Assembly (NCBI GenBank): GCA_964187785.1
Contig: OZ076409.1
Location: forward strand, 64,792,001 to 64,856,000
Source of the DNA: Amphiscolops sp. MND2022
Taxonomy: Eukaryota
DNA: 64,000 nucleotides
Direction: 5' to 3'
Below are positions 47,445 through 61,975 of the stretch, in pieces (the stretch's first letter is position 1; each line of letters begins with the position of its first letter). Both the position numbers and the translations under genes were made by a program. The notes beneath the pieces were generated by a model. It had not been told where the DNA came from. It searched no databases and saw only the letters and a program-made list of their open reading frames with translations.

Positions 47445-50400
47445 GGAATCGAGTCTTTCAAAATTTGTGGAAAAAGAAAACATAATTGTGTAATCAAGTC
47501 ACAGTGGACAATTTTGTGTTGACGTGTTGTTAGAGAAGGCAACAAGTTGCTCTCGTTCAAGCATGAGCGAGATTCTGCTTGTCCGCCACTTTGGCCACAA
47601 GTGACAGAACAACAAGAACCCGAATAGTACGGCTGGCTCGTCACAGTCGGCATTGTCCTGACAGTTTGGATTGTCGCCATATATTTGACTCTTTATATTA
47701 CGTATTTCTTTCAAAGAAACGGAACAACGTTGCAGTCGATAAAGACGGAAGAAGTGCCAAAATGCGGCAAGACCAAGAAGTGGGGCAAAAAGTAATTGTG
47801 ATGCAGCCCAAAAATTAAAAGAAAAAGACAACATAAGAAAAAGAAAGAAAAGCAGATAAAAATAGAAACAGTTAGAAGATCAGTCAAATAAGAAAAAGAA
47901 AAAACTTGTGCAGAAAGAAAAATGAAAAGGATGCTTTGTAGAAGTAGAAGAAAAGGAAGAAAACAGTCTGAAGTTAGATTTAGACCCCAAAGATTTTAAA
48001 CTTGTACACTATACTAAAAGGAAGAAAATTAGAAGCAAAAGGAAAGGAAGGAAAAAACATTGAGAACGCAAATTCCTGTTTTGTTACTTTGTACAGAGTT
48101 GAATAGGGAAAAGAGTGCATACCATTTGTCAGGTAAACGTTTGTGTCGACATTGTAAATGTTAAAGGACGTCCAATGAGAGATTGGTACCAAGACATATT
48201 TCCCGTTTGAAAATCAGAAAGTGTCTCGAAAAAAGTTTAAGTCGTCATGTATCTTTTTTGTAGGTTGCGGTGAGAATGAATCGCTATTTGAGAGAACCAT
48301 GTGAAAAACGGCTTGTGGAGGGTGTCCTTGATAAGAAGGCGCTCGACACAGGCGAGAAACGTGAAAACAGTAAGACATTCTGCCGAAGTTTGAGCGTTGA
48401 AAATGAGGTTCTTATGTACGAAGGAAGACATCCCATTATAAAGAAAATTGTGCCAACGCCGGAGCAATTCTGGGTCGTCCTTGATCCCATACATCGAGGC
48501 GGGCGTGAAAAACATGTCTGTCACGAGCAGACATTGGTCGGGGCACTGTCTGATGCTGGGGATGCCTTTCTTAATGCGAATGGGTGATTATCGGCTTTAG
48601 TAGAAGAGTAAGCCTCAATATGTACAAAACAACGAATATGCCTAAGAATGATGTACTACTTGTAAAGAATGTAATGTTCTAGATTCATCCGAAACCGTGA
48701 GACTTGTTACTTTAAAGATGTAATCAAGAAAAGTCAACGATATGTTCTTGTCTCAGTGGAACGTAGGAAGGAGCTGTGTAAGCTGTTTAACTATCCTTGC
48801 TACTGGGAGGAAGGACATTCGGGACGACAGTCTCGAGGGTCGGGCTTTCTGGATAGCCCAAAAAAGAAGCAACCGGCTTGCCGAAGTGGGGGGCGAGTGC
48901 TGGTTCTCCAGCATATATTATTTGCTGGTCGGCAGAAAACCTGGTGAGACAGGAAACAAATTACATGAAAGAAAATATATGTAAGAGAGAAGTCATGCGG
49001 GCAATATTTCAGAGGAAAGTGATAGCAGTGACAGCAAGACGGATTGCCGCGCTCTACGGATTGCAAGACGCGCTCTACGGATTGCCACCATGCAAGCCTT
49101 GCGAACCATGGCTTTCAAAGAGTTCTGCCGGGGCGAGTTAGGAAGCGCACCCAATGACTTCCAAATCCAGGAATCTGAGAAAACAGGGGACTCTATCTCA
49201 GAAGCGGCAGGAAGCAATGGCGATAATAAAATTTGATGCTAGGCAAAAAAAGGAGAAAAATAAAATCTAAATGACCAGTATGTGGTGTTTCAGATGTTAG
49301 CGTCTGCTTGGGTGCTACAAACAGACATTGTAGCATACTGGCAGTACAATCTCGGCGGGGGGCTGGGTCCGTTATCGATATGGACCTGAGAGTTCTGCTA
49401 TAGATGGGGGCCACTTTTCTGTGCCACGTAACTCAGGGGGGCCGGCTACACGGAGGTATTCTACTGTGAGCCGATACCGGAGTATCTGGAGCCAGAGTTT
49501 GTAACTTTGCATAAAAATCAAGGTATATCTGAAGGTAAAAAACGGTAAATTCGGATTTATTTGACAGAGTACGGTCATCAGGAAGTGGGAAGCCACCACC
49601 GGCGCATCCGTGGGAGAGCCAAGAACACGGCGATGAGGCCGGGCCTGGTAGCAGTCATTAATAAAGGTAAAAACTTGACACTTTGGTAGTTCGAGGAATC
49701 GAGTCTTTCAAAATTTGTGGAAAAAGAAAACATAATTGTGTAATCAAGTCACAGTGGACAATTTTGTGTTGACGTGTTGTTAGAGAAGGCAACAAGTTGC
49801 TCTCGTTCAAGCATGAGCGAGATTCTGCATGTCCGCCACTTTGGCCACAAGTGACAGAACAACAAGAACCCGAATAGTACGGCTGGCTCGTCACAGTCGG
49901 CATTGTCCTGACAGTTTGGATTGTCGCCATATATTTGACTCTTTATATTACGTATTTCTTTCAAAGAAACGGAACAACGTTGCAGTCGATAAAGACGGAA
50001 GAAGTGCCAAAATGCGGCAAGACCAAGAAGTGGGGCAAAAAGTAATTGTGATGCAGCCCAAAAATTAAAAGAAAAAGACAACATAAGAAAAAGAAAGAAA
50101 AGCAGATAAAAATAGAAACAGTTAGAAGATCAGTCAAATAAGAAAAAGAAAAAACTTGTGCAGAAAGAAAAATGAAAAGGATGCTATGTAGAAGTAGAAG
50201 AAAAGGAAGAAAACAGTCTGAAGTTAGATTTAGACCCCAAAGATTTTAAACTTGTACACTATACTAAAAGGAAGAAAATTAGAAGCAAAAGGAAAGGAAG
50301 GAAAAAACATTGAGAACGCAAATTCCTGTTTTGTTACTTTGTACAGAGTTGAATAGGGAAAAGAGTGCATACCATTTGTCAGGTAAACGTTTGTGTCGAC

Positions 50401-51938
50401 ATTGTAAATGTTAAAGGACGTCCAATGAGAGATTGGTACCAAGACATATTTCCCGTTTGAAAATCAGAAAGTGTCTCGAAAAAAGTTTAAGTCGTCATGT
50501 ATCTTTTTTGTAGGTTGCAGTGAGAATGAATCGCTATTTGAGAGAACCATGTGAAAAACGGCTTGTGGAGGGTGTCCTTGATAAGAAGGCGCTCGACACA
50601 GGCGAGAAACGTGAAAACAGTAAGACATTCTGCCGAAGTTTGAGCGTTGAAAATGAGGTTCTTATGTACGAAGGAAGACATCCCATTATAAAGAAAATTG
50701 TGCCAACGCCGGAGCAATTCTGGGTCGTCCTTGATCCCATACATCGAGGCGGGCGTGAAAAACATGTCTGTCACGAGCAGACATTGGTCGGGGCACTGTC
50801 TGATGCTGGGGATGCCTTTCTTAATGCGAATGGGTGATTATCGGCTTTAGTAGAAGAGTAAGCCTCAATATGTACAAAACAACGAATATGCCTAAGAATG
50901 ATGTACTACTTGTAAAGAATGTAATGTTCTAGATTCATCCGAAACCGTGAGACTTGTTACTTTAAAGATGTAATCAAGAAAAGTCAACGATATGTTCTTG
51001 TCTCAGTGGAACGTAGGAAGGAGCTGTGTAAGCTGTTTAACTATCCTTGCTACTGGGAGGAAGGACATTCGGGACGACAGTCTCGAGGGTCGGGCTTTCT
51101 GGATAGCCCAAAAAAGAAGCAACCGGCTTGCAGAAGTGGGGGGCGAGTGCTGGTTCTCCAGCATATATTATTTGCTGGTCGGCAGAAAACCTGGTGAGAC
51201 AGGAAACAAATTACATGAAAGAAAATATATGTAAGAGAGAAGTCATGCGGGCAATATTTCAGAGGAAAGTGATAGCAGTGACAGCAAGACGGATTGCCGC
51301 GCTCTACGGATTGCAAGACGCGCTCTACGGATTGCCACCATGCAAGCCTTGCGAACCATGGCTTTCAAAGAGTTCTGCCGGGGCGAGTTAGGAAGCGCAC
51401 CCAATGACTTCCAAATCCAGGAATCTGAGAAAACAGGGGACTCTATCTCAGAAGCGGCAGGAAGCAATGGCGATAATAAAATTTGATGCTAGGCAAAAAA
51501 AGGAGAAAAATAAAATCTAAATGACCAGTATGTGGTGTTTCAGATGTTAGCGTCTGCTTGGGTGCTACAAACAGACATTGTAGCATACTGGCAGTACAAT
51601 CTCGGCGGGGGGCTGGGTCCGTTATCGATATGGACCTGAGAGTTCTGCTATAGATGGGGGCCACTTTTCTGTGCCACGTAACTCAGGGGGGCCGGCTACA
51701 CGGAGGTATTCTACTGTGAGCCGATACCGGAGTATCTGGAGCCAGAGTTTGTAACTTTGCATAAAATTCAAGGTATATCTGAAGGTAAAAAACGGTAAAT
51801 TCGGATTTATTTGACAGAGTACGGTCATCAGGAAGTGGGAAGCCACCACCGGCGCATCCGTGGGAGAGCCAAGAACACGGCGATGAGGCCGAGCCTGGTA
51901 GCAGTCATTAATAAAGGTAAAAACTTGACACTTTGGTA
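47445..51938. repeat. Near-perfect tandem duplication of 2244 bp
   Basis: 47445-49688 and 49695-51938, separated by GTTCGA. Only about six substitutions were seen by eye, and the ORF track repeats with a 2250 offset. Confidence 0.97.
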
Positions 51939-52549
51939 AAGAAAAGTGAGGAAAACTCCAAATTCCTGATATAAAAGTGAAGAAAAAGGCGTGAAAAACG
52001 TGTCTTGTGAAATGGGAGGGGGTCAAAATGGATAAAAATTGAAAGGAATAGAAGCGTTAGAACAATCAGAGACCATATGGTCAACGAAAAAATCGAAAAA
52101 CTTGCAAAAATGAGGTGTTTCTGGGAATTTTACAGGTAGGGGCAGAGGAGATCAAAATCCTCCCCCGAAATTTTTTAAAAGCGATTCTGGATTTTTTTGC
52201 ATTACCCAAACCCTGGGGTCAATTGAGGAAAGGTTCCCTACGGATTTTGCCTACAAACAGTTTTTCGTGAAATGGCATAGGTTTTTTGGAGGTCAAAATT
52301 GAGTATTTTTTTGAAGAGCAATGTTGCCTAGTTTGGAGTCAATTTTGAAAATCCGGTTGAGGGTCAATTAAGAAGGGTCAGTGTGGGAAGCTGCCAGGCA
52401 ACAAACGGGCAAAATGGAGAAAATTAGAGTTAAGTTGGCAAGAGAAAAAATGGAAAAAGTCGCAATCTTGTACAAAAGTCGGTCAGAAATCGACTAAATT
52501 TCAGCCAAATTTCAGATGTGTCCAAAGCTTAGTCGGAAAAATACCAATT

Positions 52550-55500
52550 TCCTTCGGCTTCGGGCGTAGCCCATACGGTTACGGAATGCGGGGGCTTGAG
52601 CATCTAAACGACTAGCTTCTGCGTCGCGTAGACGTTCAACACGTTTAAAATTCTGTATTCACTCAGCTAGAGTTCCCGAAGCATTAACCAAGTGACCATA
52701 AGGATCACATAACTATGGCATCAAGTGGATGTCACTATGTTCAACTGACAGAGGTACAGAAGTACCTGGAGGTACAGGTTCCAATGATGGGCGGTGTTTT
52801 TAAGGATGCATAGCTAAGACCTTGAGAAGGAGAAATCACGGAAGATGGCGCCTGAGAACGAATGTGAGTCGAAGTCTGAAAACCCTGCAAAGGGGTGCAG
52901 GTGTGGATGAGGGGACTAAATGGGGTGAGCCAAGACCACGTGGTGTCGGGGATAGGGGTCGTGGTATCCGTGACACAAAAGGTCGTTGATAAGATTGAGA
53001 TACAGGAGGTCTAACGTTCGAAGGTAAATTTGGAGATCACAAGAGCCTGGAGGAAGAGGATTGGAAAGATCATGTGAGGGGAAAGGATCCAGTATAGGCT
53101 GAGCTCGTGCAAAAAGCGATTGCGAGAACCCAGAAAAAGAAGTAGAGTTAGTTGAGAATGAAGGGGGTACACTGTGTGATCAGAATGGCAAATAGGTATA
53201 GGGGTAGCTGTTGTCATAAACGTTAAAAACGTCGGGACAGTCACCTGAAGGACCGCAGCATCAGTGTACGCAACCCGAGAAGCGAAAAGAGGAGGTGCCA
53301 AGGTAGTTACTCGAAGGATATCAGCAAAATTTTCTTCAGTTTCGGAAAATGGAAATTCACTATGTAAAGGGGTGGTGATCGTGGTTCCGGTACGACCGGT
53401 GGGGTGGGTCGTAAACGACGGGGGGCATAACAAAATAGTACTGCTATTTCCTCCTGACATTCAGGAGGGCCAGAAAAGGGTGAGGTCCGGTAAAAGATCA
53501 GGCAAAGCGTTATCAAAAAGAGTAGGTTCGGAATAGTGACTTGTAATGGTGTCCGGAATGAAATTATTTGAGTGGATTACGGACAAGTCCCTAACCGCAT
53601 ATTGCAATTTGATCGGTCGAAGGCGAATGCGATGAACGCCTTGAGTAATATTCGTGCCCACTTTTCCAATGATATAATTGAAATTAGTTAGCACGGTTTC
53701 TACTCGGTAAAGTGGCATTTATAAGGGACTTTCCCATTGAATCATTAACAGTTGTCAATTGTGGATTCAACAATAGGCAGTATTGATGTTTCTTCAAAGG
53801 CAACGCTGACGTTTTCTGTCGTAAAACTGACGAAAATTGTTGTCCGAGGAAATCGTGGCGTCGTGTGCCGTGGAGAATACCTCTTTCATTTTGTCTTGTA
53901 AGCCTCTTGAGAATGTATAGCTGGTTTCTAGAGTTTGTATTTTGTTATTGAAGCGTAGGTCTAGCGGTGTTATTGGTTGACGTCCATGAAACATAAATGT
54001 TGGCGTGCATCCTATGGATGCGTAATATGATGTATTATGTACAAAAACTGCTAAATCGACATAATTGTGCCAATCATGTTTGATTTTATGTTCATAAATC
54101 CCAAGATATTGTTTAAGTGACGCATGAGTGCGCTCTAATGATCGGATAATATGGGGATGCTGGACTGTAGCGTACTCAAGTTTACCTTCAAGTAACCGAC
54201 AAAGTTCAAGTAAACTGAATAGTGCCGTAAATTGAGTACCTACATCTGAAAGTATGATCTTAGGGATGTTGAACGTTCGAAGAACAATTTGAGGTAATTG
54301 CGTAGCTACGTTTGATGCGCTGGCATAACGCAGCGGAATAGCGAACAGGTATTTGGAAAACACAACGTTTGCAGTCAAAATGAAACTAAAACCAGCGGAT
54401 TCCGGGAGTTTGCCAACAAGATCAATCTGCAAAAGGTCTCCGGGAAAACACTGGTCAGTAGCTAATGAAAAGAGCGGTGGTTTGAGGGTTGCATGTTTGG
54501 CAGGTTTGACTGGTAAAGAAGTAGAGCAAGGTAGTCGGTTAAAAACTCAACAAAGTTAGGAAAGTAAAAATACTGACGAAAACTTGTGGCAGTTTTGGCA
54601 ATTCCACAATGTCCGGCATATTTGCTATTGTGAACGCGCTAAAGGATTTTTTTTCGCATGTGCTGGGGAACGACATACTGTCGTATTTTATTGCGCCCCG
54701 AGTGATCGTAAAATTTACGGTATAAAATGCCATTATGATTTTCAAGACGATCAAAATGTTTGAGATATTTCATGAGTTCCGAGTTTGAATAATGCGTTGA
54801 AGATGGCGGATCTGTTGCTAACCATTGTAAGACAGTTACGATATTCTGATCTTTCTGTTGCTCATATCGTAATTTCACAGGGTTTTGTTTATCGGTAAGG
54901 TCAAAAGAATCGAGTGGATTATGTTCATCTACGGCATTTAATTCAGGACAGTATTTTCGCAAGTCATGTGGAGTCAAAAATATCTCACAATCAAGACGTA
55001 CTTCAAGTTTGACTTTTCGAAAAGGTAATTTCGAATTGAAACGCATTTGAATTTTGGTGTGAGGATTAATATGAGTACGCGACAAATAATCGGCAGCGGC
55101 ATTCGCTTCTCCAGGAATATGTCCTAACACAAACTTCAAATTTAAGACATGATCGACACAAGACCACAGACTAGAAGGGATGGTTTTTGCTTGGAAAAAT
55201 CTCGTAAGGTTTTTGTTATCAATTAACATTAAAACTGGTTTTGTACTTTCCCAAAGTATATGGGCAAACGTGTCAAACGCAAAATGGACAGCAAGAAACT
55301 CTTTAGCGTATTTTGACATTTTTAAGAACGTCGGAGTAAAAATTTTTGATTCGAACAAACCGGAACATACGTTTTGAAAGTTTTGCCCGACTGGTCAGTG
55401 AGGTGTTCCTCAATCCTCAACACATAAAAAGCCGCATAAAAACTGGCATCCGTGAGAATGACGTATTGTGCATTCGCTTTCGGTGGTCTAAGCGACATAT

Positions 55501-58500
55501 TGCAAGCTTGTTCCAAATCTTTTCGCAGTTGGTTTGTGGATTCAAAGTGTTCCGCAGTCAATTTAAGTTCATTTTCAGATCGTAAGAGACGGTAGAAGGG
55601 AAGTAATTTCTTACCCAAATTTGGAATAAAGGATCTGAAGTATTGGAAGAATCCAATAAATCGGCGGATTTGTTTGAGAGTATTAGGAGTTTTCAGTGTT
55701 GATAAAAATTCTGAAACTTTGGTTTTGTTAGGAGACATGCCTTCACTAGAAATGGAATTGCCCAAAAAGGTCAATTCTTCAAGGCCAAAAACACACTTGG
55801 AAGGGCTGAATTTAAGACAAGTTTTTTCAATAATTTTACAAATAGCAGTTAGGTTGTCCAAAAACTGTTCAAACGTAAAGGCAGCTGTTCCCAGGTCATC
55901 TACATACTGGAAACACTGATCTACGACGATGCATTGATCCAATTACTTACGCATAAATGAACTAAAGGCACTAACAGATCGACTTGGGCCTTGCGCAAGA
56001 CGTAAATATGCAAACGTTCACGACAAGAAATTGAAAGATAGAAGCTGGACTTAAAGAGGGTCAGCCAACTGTGAAACATGATAGTCCTGACTACAGTCCA
56101 GTTTTTTCCCTGCTGAGTGTGTATTCACATGCGCAAGAGTAGCGATGTGAAAATTGTGCTTGTTATAGTCGTGACGTATAAGGTACAATACACAACTCAA
56201 GTCCACAAGAAGACGTAATTTGCCTGAGGGTTTGCGTACCACAAAAATCGGAATAAAGTATTTTGAATACTGCAAGGATATGAAGACAGCCCAATACTGG
56301 AGAAGTGCGAGTTCGACTAGAAATTCATCACGCAAATGAATTGGTGTTTGGGGTCCTTGCGTATACATGGGTTAGTCTTTTTTGGGTGTTAGTTTTACTT
56401 CATAATCATGGTTTGCACCAATATCTAGGCGATGTCGTGCAAAAAAAGGTGGTAGCGGAGTGAAAGGTCTTCTACTTGTTTCTTTTGAGAAGAATACAAC
56501 ACTGAATTTGCCCACGGAAACTGCGCCAAGAAGTTTTTACGTTCTTCTGGATCTTTTTTTCCTGGTTTTTTGAGTTTGGCTATTTCTTCATAAAAGCGTT
56601 TGTTAATTCCTTCTAGCTTTTCCGGATTCGGGCAATTTGCTGGTGTTGGAAACCAATGTTCATCAGACGACATGTTTGGCGGTGTGGTTGTATCGGAAAT
56701 TATTGAGTTTATGTCATTAAAGTAATTAGTTAGAAGTGCTGGGTTTACTGGTTGTAAGTAATCCGTTTGTTTTGCCGTGAGAATGGTAACACACGCAATT
56801 GACGTGTTTTGGGAATGGTGACTTTATGGGGCAAAGCATTGATAATTCCGAGAGAAACTTCAATATCCTTGTCCAATTTGACAATAGCGCTAGTCACGCA
56901 TAATCCCGTTTCTTTTTCGAACTTTGGATTTGATTCTACCATGGCTACGGTACCGTCTGTAAATGTGACGTGAGTTAAGGAACAAGAGACAATTTCAGTA
57001 GCACTGGGTTTGACAGTGAAAGGTTGTGTGTTTTCAAAAACAGATTTTTTTGGGGTTAGAGCACTAATTTTACCATCCTTACGGACCCGTTCTGTTAGTT
57101 GAATGGTTCTATATTGTAGCTTCAAGGTACGGATTTTTGGGTGAATGACGATGCCACTATTTCCGAAAAATGGTAGTCCCCAACTTGTTTGATTCATTGA
57201 ACGTACGATAAGAAAAGGTTCACAAAACGATTCGTTAGCTATTTTAAAGGAAGCTGTGAAAGAACCGCAAGTTGAAATTGCAGTACCACTTGCAACTCTT
57301 ACAGTAGTACGGGGTTGTAGTTAGCTATATGATGAGGACAAGTGGCTTTGAGTTTATTAAAAGTGCTAATGGGCATAGCACTAGAAAAAGCACCAGTGTC
57401 TATGAGGTTGGCTCATGGAGTTGTCTACCGTATAGTAGTAGTTGGAGTCATACGTTGGAGGCCATTGTTGTTGCGGGGGCAGTGGTGGTGTCGTATACAG
57501 GTAATTGACTTGTGGCGGGGGTGCATACGTTTGTGCTTTCACTTATTGGTAGGGCAACGCAGGTGGTCCACGTGGCTGCTCTCGAAACCAAAAGGCTGAG
57601 GGTGGGTGTTCAAGTTTTTTTTGCAAATGTTACAGTGCACACGGCCGGAATGGAGTCTGTATTGATTATTCCATGGGCCTCGTCCACTACGCCAGTTTTG
57701 TCGACTGTTTTGGTTGTATGGGCCTTGGTGTCGGAAGTTGTTGCCTCTGTAATTCCCTTGGGAATTACCACGATAGTTCCCACGATTATTTCCTCTGTAG
57801 TTAAGTCTTTAGTTTCCTCGATAGTTACCTCTGTTACTGGACGTGTTTTGGTTCGCTTTATTTTGGTTGTCAAAAGACATCTCATTCAAAGAGGCAGAAT
57901 TGAAGTTCTTGCTCAGTTCCTCAAGTTCGTCTGAAATTTTCGTTGTTTCTGTATTAAACTTTGTTTGAGTTTTCGCAAGTTCTTTGATGCCTGCGAAAAA
58001 ATCCTTGGAGGATGTGCCTGTGATCTCATTGAAAGCACTGTCATCTTCTTCCGGGTAAAGCCTATCTACAATCATACGGCTTGCTGCTTTTGCGCACAGT
58101 TCGTCCACCGAGAGTCTTCTGGTTGGGTTAGGAGAAAGCGTCTTAATTTCATTGGCATGCCATCGATGAAGTTTTCTTTCACTCGTCATCTTCTTTCATT
58201 TGCACGTTTTCTGCTACTACTACAGGGCGGCAGCTCCGGCTTGTATGTCAGGGTAGGCTTCAAGTGCCAGTCTCTGAAGTTCAGTTAGAAAGCCTTGAAC
58301 ATTTTCTTCAGAGGGTTGTAGCTTTCGTGCTTGAAATTTTAATTTTTGGAGCTGAATGCCTTGATCATTTTCATAGCGCTAACGCAAAGCTGCGACTGCG
58401 TTGTCGTAGTCCCCTCGAGTTGCTTGAGGAAGTTGATCGAAGAAACACTAATGGACCGCCTTTCAAATGTAAATGTAGGTAGGTATGGCGATTTGCGTCC

Positions 58501-58613
58501 GGAAATCCCGCGACTTGCATACAGCTAGTCAGTTGTCTGAACAATTCTTCAAAATTTTCAGCCTCTGAGACTTTGAAAGGTTGTAAGTTAACAAATGGTT
58601 GTATTGCGGTCAT
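52550..58613 (-). pseudogene. gag-pol of Gypsy-2 (PR-RT-RH-IN, frameshifted)
   Basis: ORFs 58371-58613, 57809-58189, 56745-57197, 56051-56368, 55322-55942, 54639-55358, 53794-54432 and 53461-53718 follow the Gypsy domain order. Confidence 0.9.
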
Positions 58614-58841
58614 TTGGTAGGTGAAAGTAGATGATGATGTTCAAGTTTTGATTATTCTGCGAATGAGAATTGAAGTAGTGAAGGATTTTATTTTAACTGA
58701 CAGTTGAGCAGGTATTTTAGATGATTCAATTTTGTCATTTTTATTTCAGATTGAGAAAGGTCGAGTTGAGGAGTGCAATAACTTTAATACACCAGTGATT
58801 GGGTTATTTTGGATTTGGAGAAAGAAGGACTCCTGTCACCA

Positions 58842-59227
58842 TGTAATAACTTTGGTCGGCGTGCGGTTAGCTTCATTTTGGTTTTCAATTCAGTTTCTAA
58901 GATGCGTTATTAGGTATCAGCTAAGTTTCTCCAAATTGAAAATAAAGAGAGCAAAGAATTATTACAAGTGATTAAAAAAACTCAAGTGTTTTGAAGAGAT
59001 TAATAAAAGATATTGAGAGTAGAGTTATGAAAATAGATACAAGAGCATAAGTACTCTGGAACTAGTTTTATTGTCTCCGTTCTCGTCTTGTGAGTTGTCC
59101 TAGAGCTGTATTTCTTATCGTTTGCTGGTCTTCTCTGATTGGTCGAGTGTTGTGATTCGTCCACATCTTCTTTAGGTAGGTCCGTTGATCGAAGTTTTGT
59201 TATAGATCCATGATGAGAATCATGACA
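58842..59227 (-). repeat. 5' LTR of Gypsy-2
   Basis: TGTAAT...CATGACA on the plus strand, with the PBS adjacent at 58829-58841. Confidence 0.88.
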
Positions 59228-61975
59228 CCGGGGAAACCCGGTGTCGAAAGTATGAATATTATCGAATTTTTGATTCGTTGTGAAGAAAACCTTTTGATAT
59301 CATTAAGGGTATTCAAATGATTAAAGTAGCTCATTCCATGTTATTTATATCGATATTCATAATTCATAAAAACTTCACATCTTTAGTCAGTTTTTTCTCT
59401 CCGAAAACCGTCGACTAAAAATGGAGAGTGTATGATCGGTCGCCCGATCAGAGCCCAAAAATCTCGCGATCTCATGGGAAAAATTGAATGGGAATAAACT
59501 AGTCATTTAAATTTTGTTTTGCTTCAATATATTGAGCTATTGAAATCCTAGATGGGGCGTGACTTCGGTCGTTATTTTTAGTCGGCGCTTTGTTGAAAAT
59601 GGAAAGCGCTACAACTGAAGTACCTTTTCATCGGTTATTCAATATGTGCCATTCGGCCCAGCCAGGTATTTCTGAATTTTGGACGCTATATTCGAAGTAA
59701 TTGATCTTTCTGGTTCAGATAAAAGCAAAAATCTTTTTAGGCCCGAAATGGTCCACCCTCAAGGTTTTTTGATACTGTGAAATTGAGAGTTGTTTATTCT
59801 CGTGGGAGAACGCATTGATGCTAGGCGTCAATTTCATTTCTACTTGGCACATGGACTCTAATGAAGCAACCCGGAACGGCATAAGTCGGGGTCCCTCTTA
59901 AGGCTCACGTATTTTCCCAAAAGGCTCATCCGAAAACCCAAAGGGGATCTTTTTGGACATAAAAGGGTTTTTTGTTTATTATAACTAGAAATATCACATA
60001 CTTCGGATATAAAGTCAAACAAAACTCATGTAAAAAATATATCGTGCTTTTTTCGACTTTGGCAGGAAACGAAACATCGAAACAGACGAGATTCGAACCG
60101 CGGCCCCCTACTTAGTAAAACGTAATTTTTTTTACAAAGATATAACGTAACAATTCGAATAAAGCGCAATATTTTCGAACCTCCGCCTCTCCTGAGTAAA
60201 ATACGATAAAGTTCATATATAACGTCAAAAGTTCAAGTATTGCGCAATTTGCTTATATTGCGCAATTTGCTTCGGATATGAGACTAAAAAGTCTGATAGA
60301 GCAATTTTGGTTCTTATCAGAAAAAAGTCGATATAGTTCAGTTTGATAGGCCAAATGGTATTCAGATTTTGTAGAATTTTGAAGAACTTTTTTGGTCAGT
60401 ACGTAAGGATTGAAAAAAATGTCAAAAAGCTACTATATTGGTCGAGTTTTCATTTCATAAAACACTGACTAAACATGAATGCGACCGAGATCGCTTAATT
60501 CATAGATTGTTGAACTTTCTTTTGGTCAGTACGTTTGCTGTAATAAGAACGCTGGTTCATATCGATGGTGATATTTGAGTCACCGGCTCCTCTTTATTCA
60601 TTATCTTAGTGCTCTTCCAATCGATCTGGTGGACAAGCAGCATTTCAACTCGCTTATGAAGCAGTATAGGACTGTGTCTTCTGATCGATCAATTAATTAT
60701 TTCAAAATCGTACGTCTGAGTACGTTTAATTTCTTAATTCATTGTTGATTCGTTCATGATCATTTTGCTACTAGAGAAGTGTTTTGAGTATACTATTTTG
60801 TCATTTCACTTCGCTATTTTTAGTACTGCAGTATAGTTCCACCTGTTACTCGCTATTTTTAGTACTGCAGCATAGTTCCACCTGTTACACAGTGTAGCCC
60901 TAGAAAAAGGAAACGCAAGTCGGTACCGGTTGAAGACTCAGAAACCGCAAGGTCAGATAATCAACTAAATGATAAAATGTCCATTGGAGGACTGTAGATG
61001 ATAGCTACAACTTTCCTTCCAATGGGCTTTTTTACTTGAACGCGCATGATTTAAGTATGTATTTGCAGCAATATCAACAATCTGAGATAACAGATTGAAT
61101 TATTTGCTTCATTTTTATGACCAAGGTATACCGAAAACAAGACGGTAAATACATAAGCTTTTCGACTCAGTTGTTTTTGGAAAAATCAATACTTCAGTAA
61201 CAAAAACAAGTCCAAGGAAGGACCCCTGGGCTTCTAAAAATTTCTGATGAAAAAACTGAAAAAATCAAGAAATCAAGAACACTTTCTTGAAATGAAAAAC
61301 TTTCGAACGAAAATCAGTGCCGAAAAACACATCTAGCTAGTGTCAAATAAAGATGTCAAAATGGGAGGGAGAATCCTTTGAATCCTTTTGGCCCTCTTCT
61401 TAGGTCCTGAGTCTTATCGTAGAACTTTTTTGGTCACTTCGAAAAGCGACCACACCACAGCAGTTGCGTTTCATTTCATAAAACGCCGACTAAAAATCGA
61501 AATTTCGAATTTTCACAGCATCCAATTTTCGCAAATGAGCCGTGTTACATGAATAAACTAAATAGTTGAGTGTGTAATGAAGTGGATAAACTATAAATCG
61601 TTGGGTGTGTAATGAAATGCTACAAGCTGAAATTAATGATAATTTGCCAAACCCTTTTTTTAGCTGAATTTTCGATGCATGGGAATCATCGAGGTCAAGT
61701 AAACTAAGCAGTATTTCATAAGCTGTATCTCAACAGCCAATGGGAATTGAGAATAGTATTTACTTTCAGCTGCTCAGTCGCATTACCCAGGATGACACTA
61801 CTTCCTGTTTTCTTCAATGTCAACTATTGAAACAGCATTCACTTGTTGTTGTCGAAAAATACAATATATTCAAATGATAAAATTTCAAATTCCGTAGGAA
61901 GAAAATTCACAGAAATAACAGCAAAACACAGCACATTCTATTTACATCTCAATAGTGTACTACAGCCCAATAATC

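Larger units (their letters stand above)
43861..59227 (-). mobile_element. Ty3/Gypsy LTR retrotransposon 2 with env-like gene (endogenous retrovirus-like), decayed
   Basis: LTRs at 58842-59227 and 43861-44252, PBS TGGTGACAGGAGT (tRNA-Leu-like). Gag spans ~58613-57400 and the protease motif is LIDTGA. RT has KPSGKLRLLVDL and YVDD, RNase H has ILTDAS/KEFLAV, and integrase has QIDLVG..SDVGTQF..LERTH. The env-like region spans 47078-44926. Confidence 0.93.

Noticed and set aside
57512..57934. 140-aa Val-rich plus-strand ORF
   Set aside because: It is the reverse complement of the low-complexity Asn/Arg-rich gag segment.
60808..60888. ~39-bp tandem duplication (also an 18-bp one at ~60238)
   Set aside because: Ordinary local slippage duplications.
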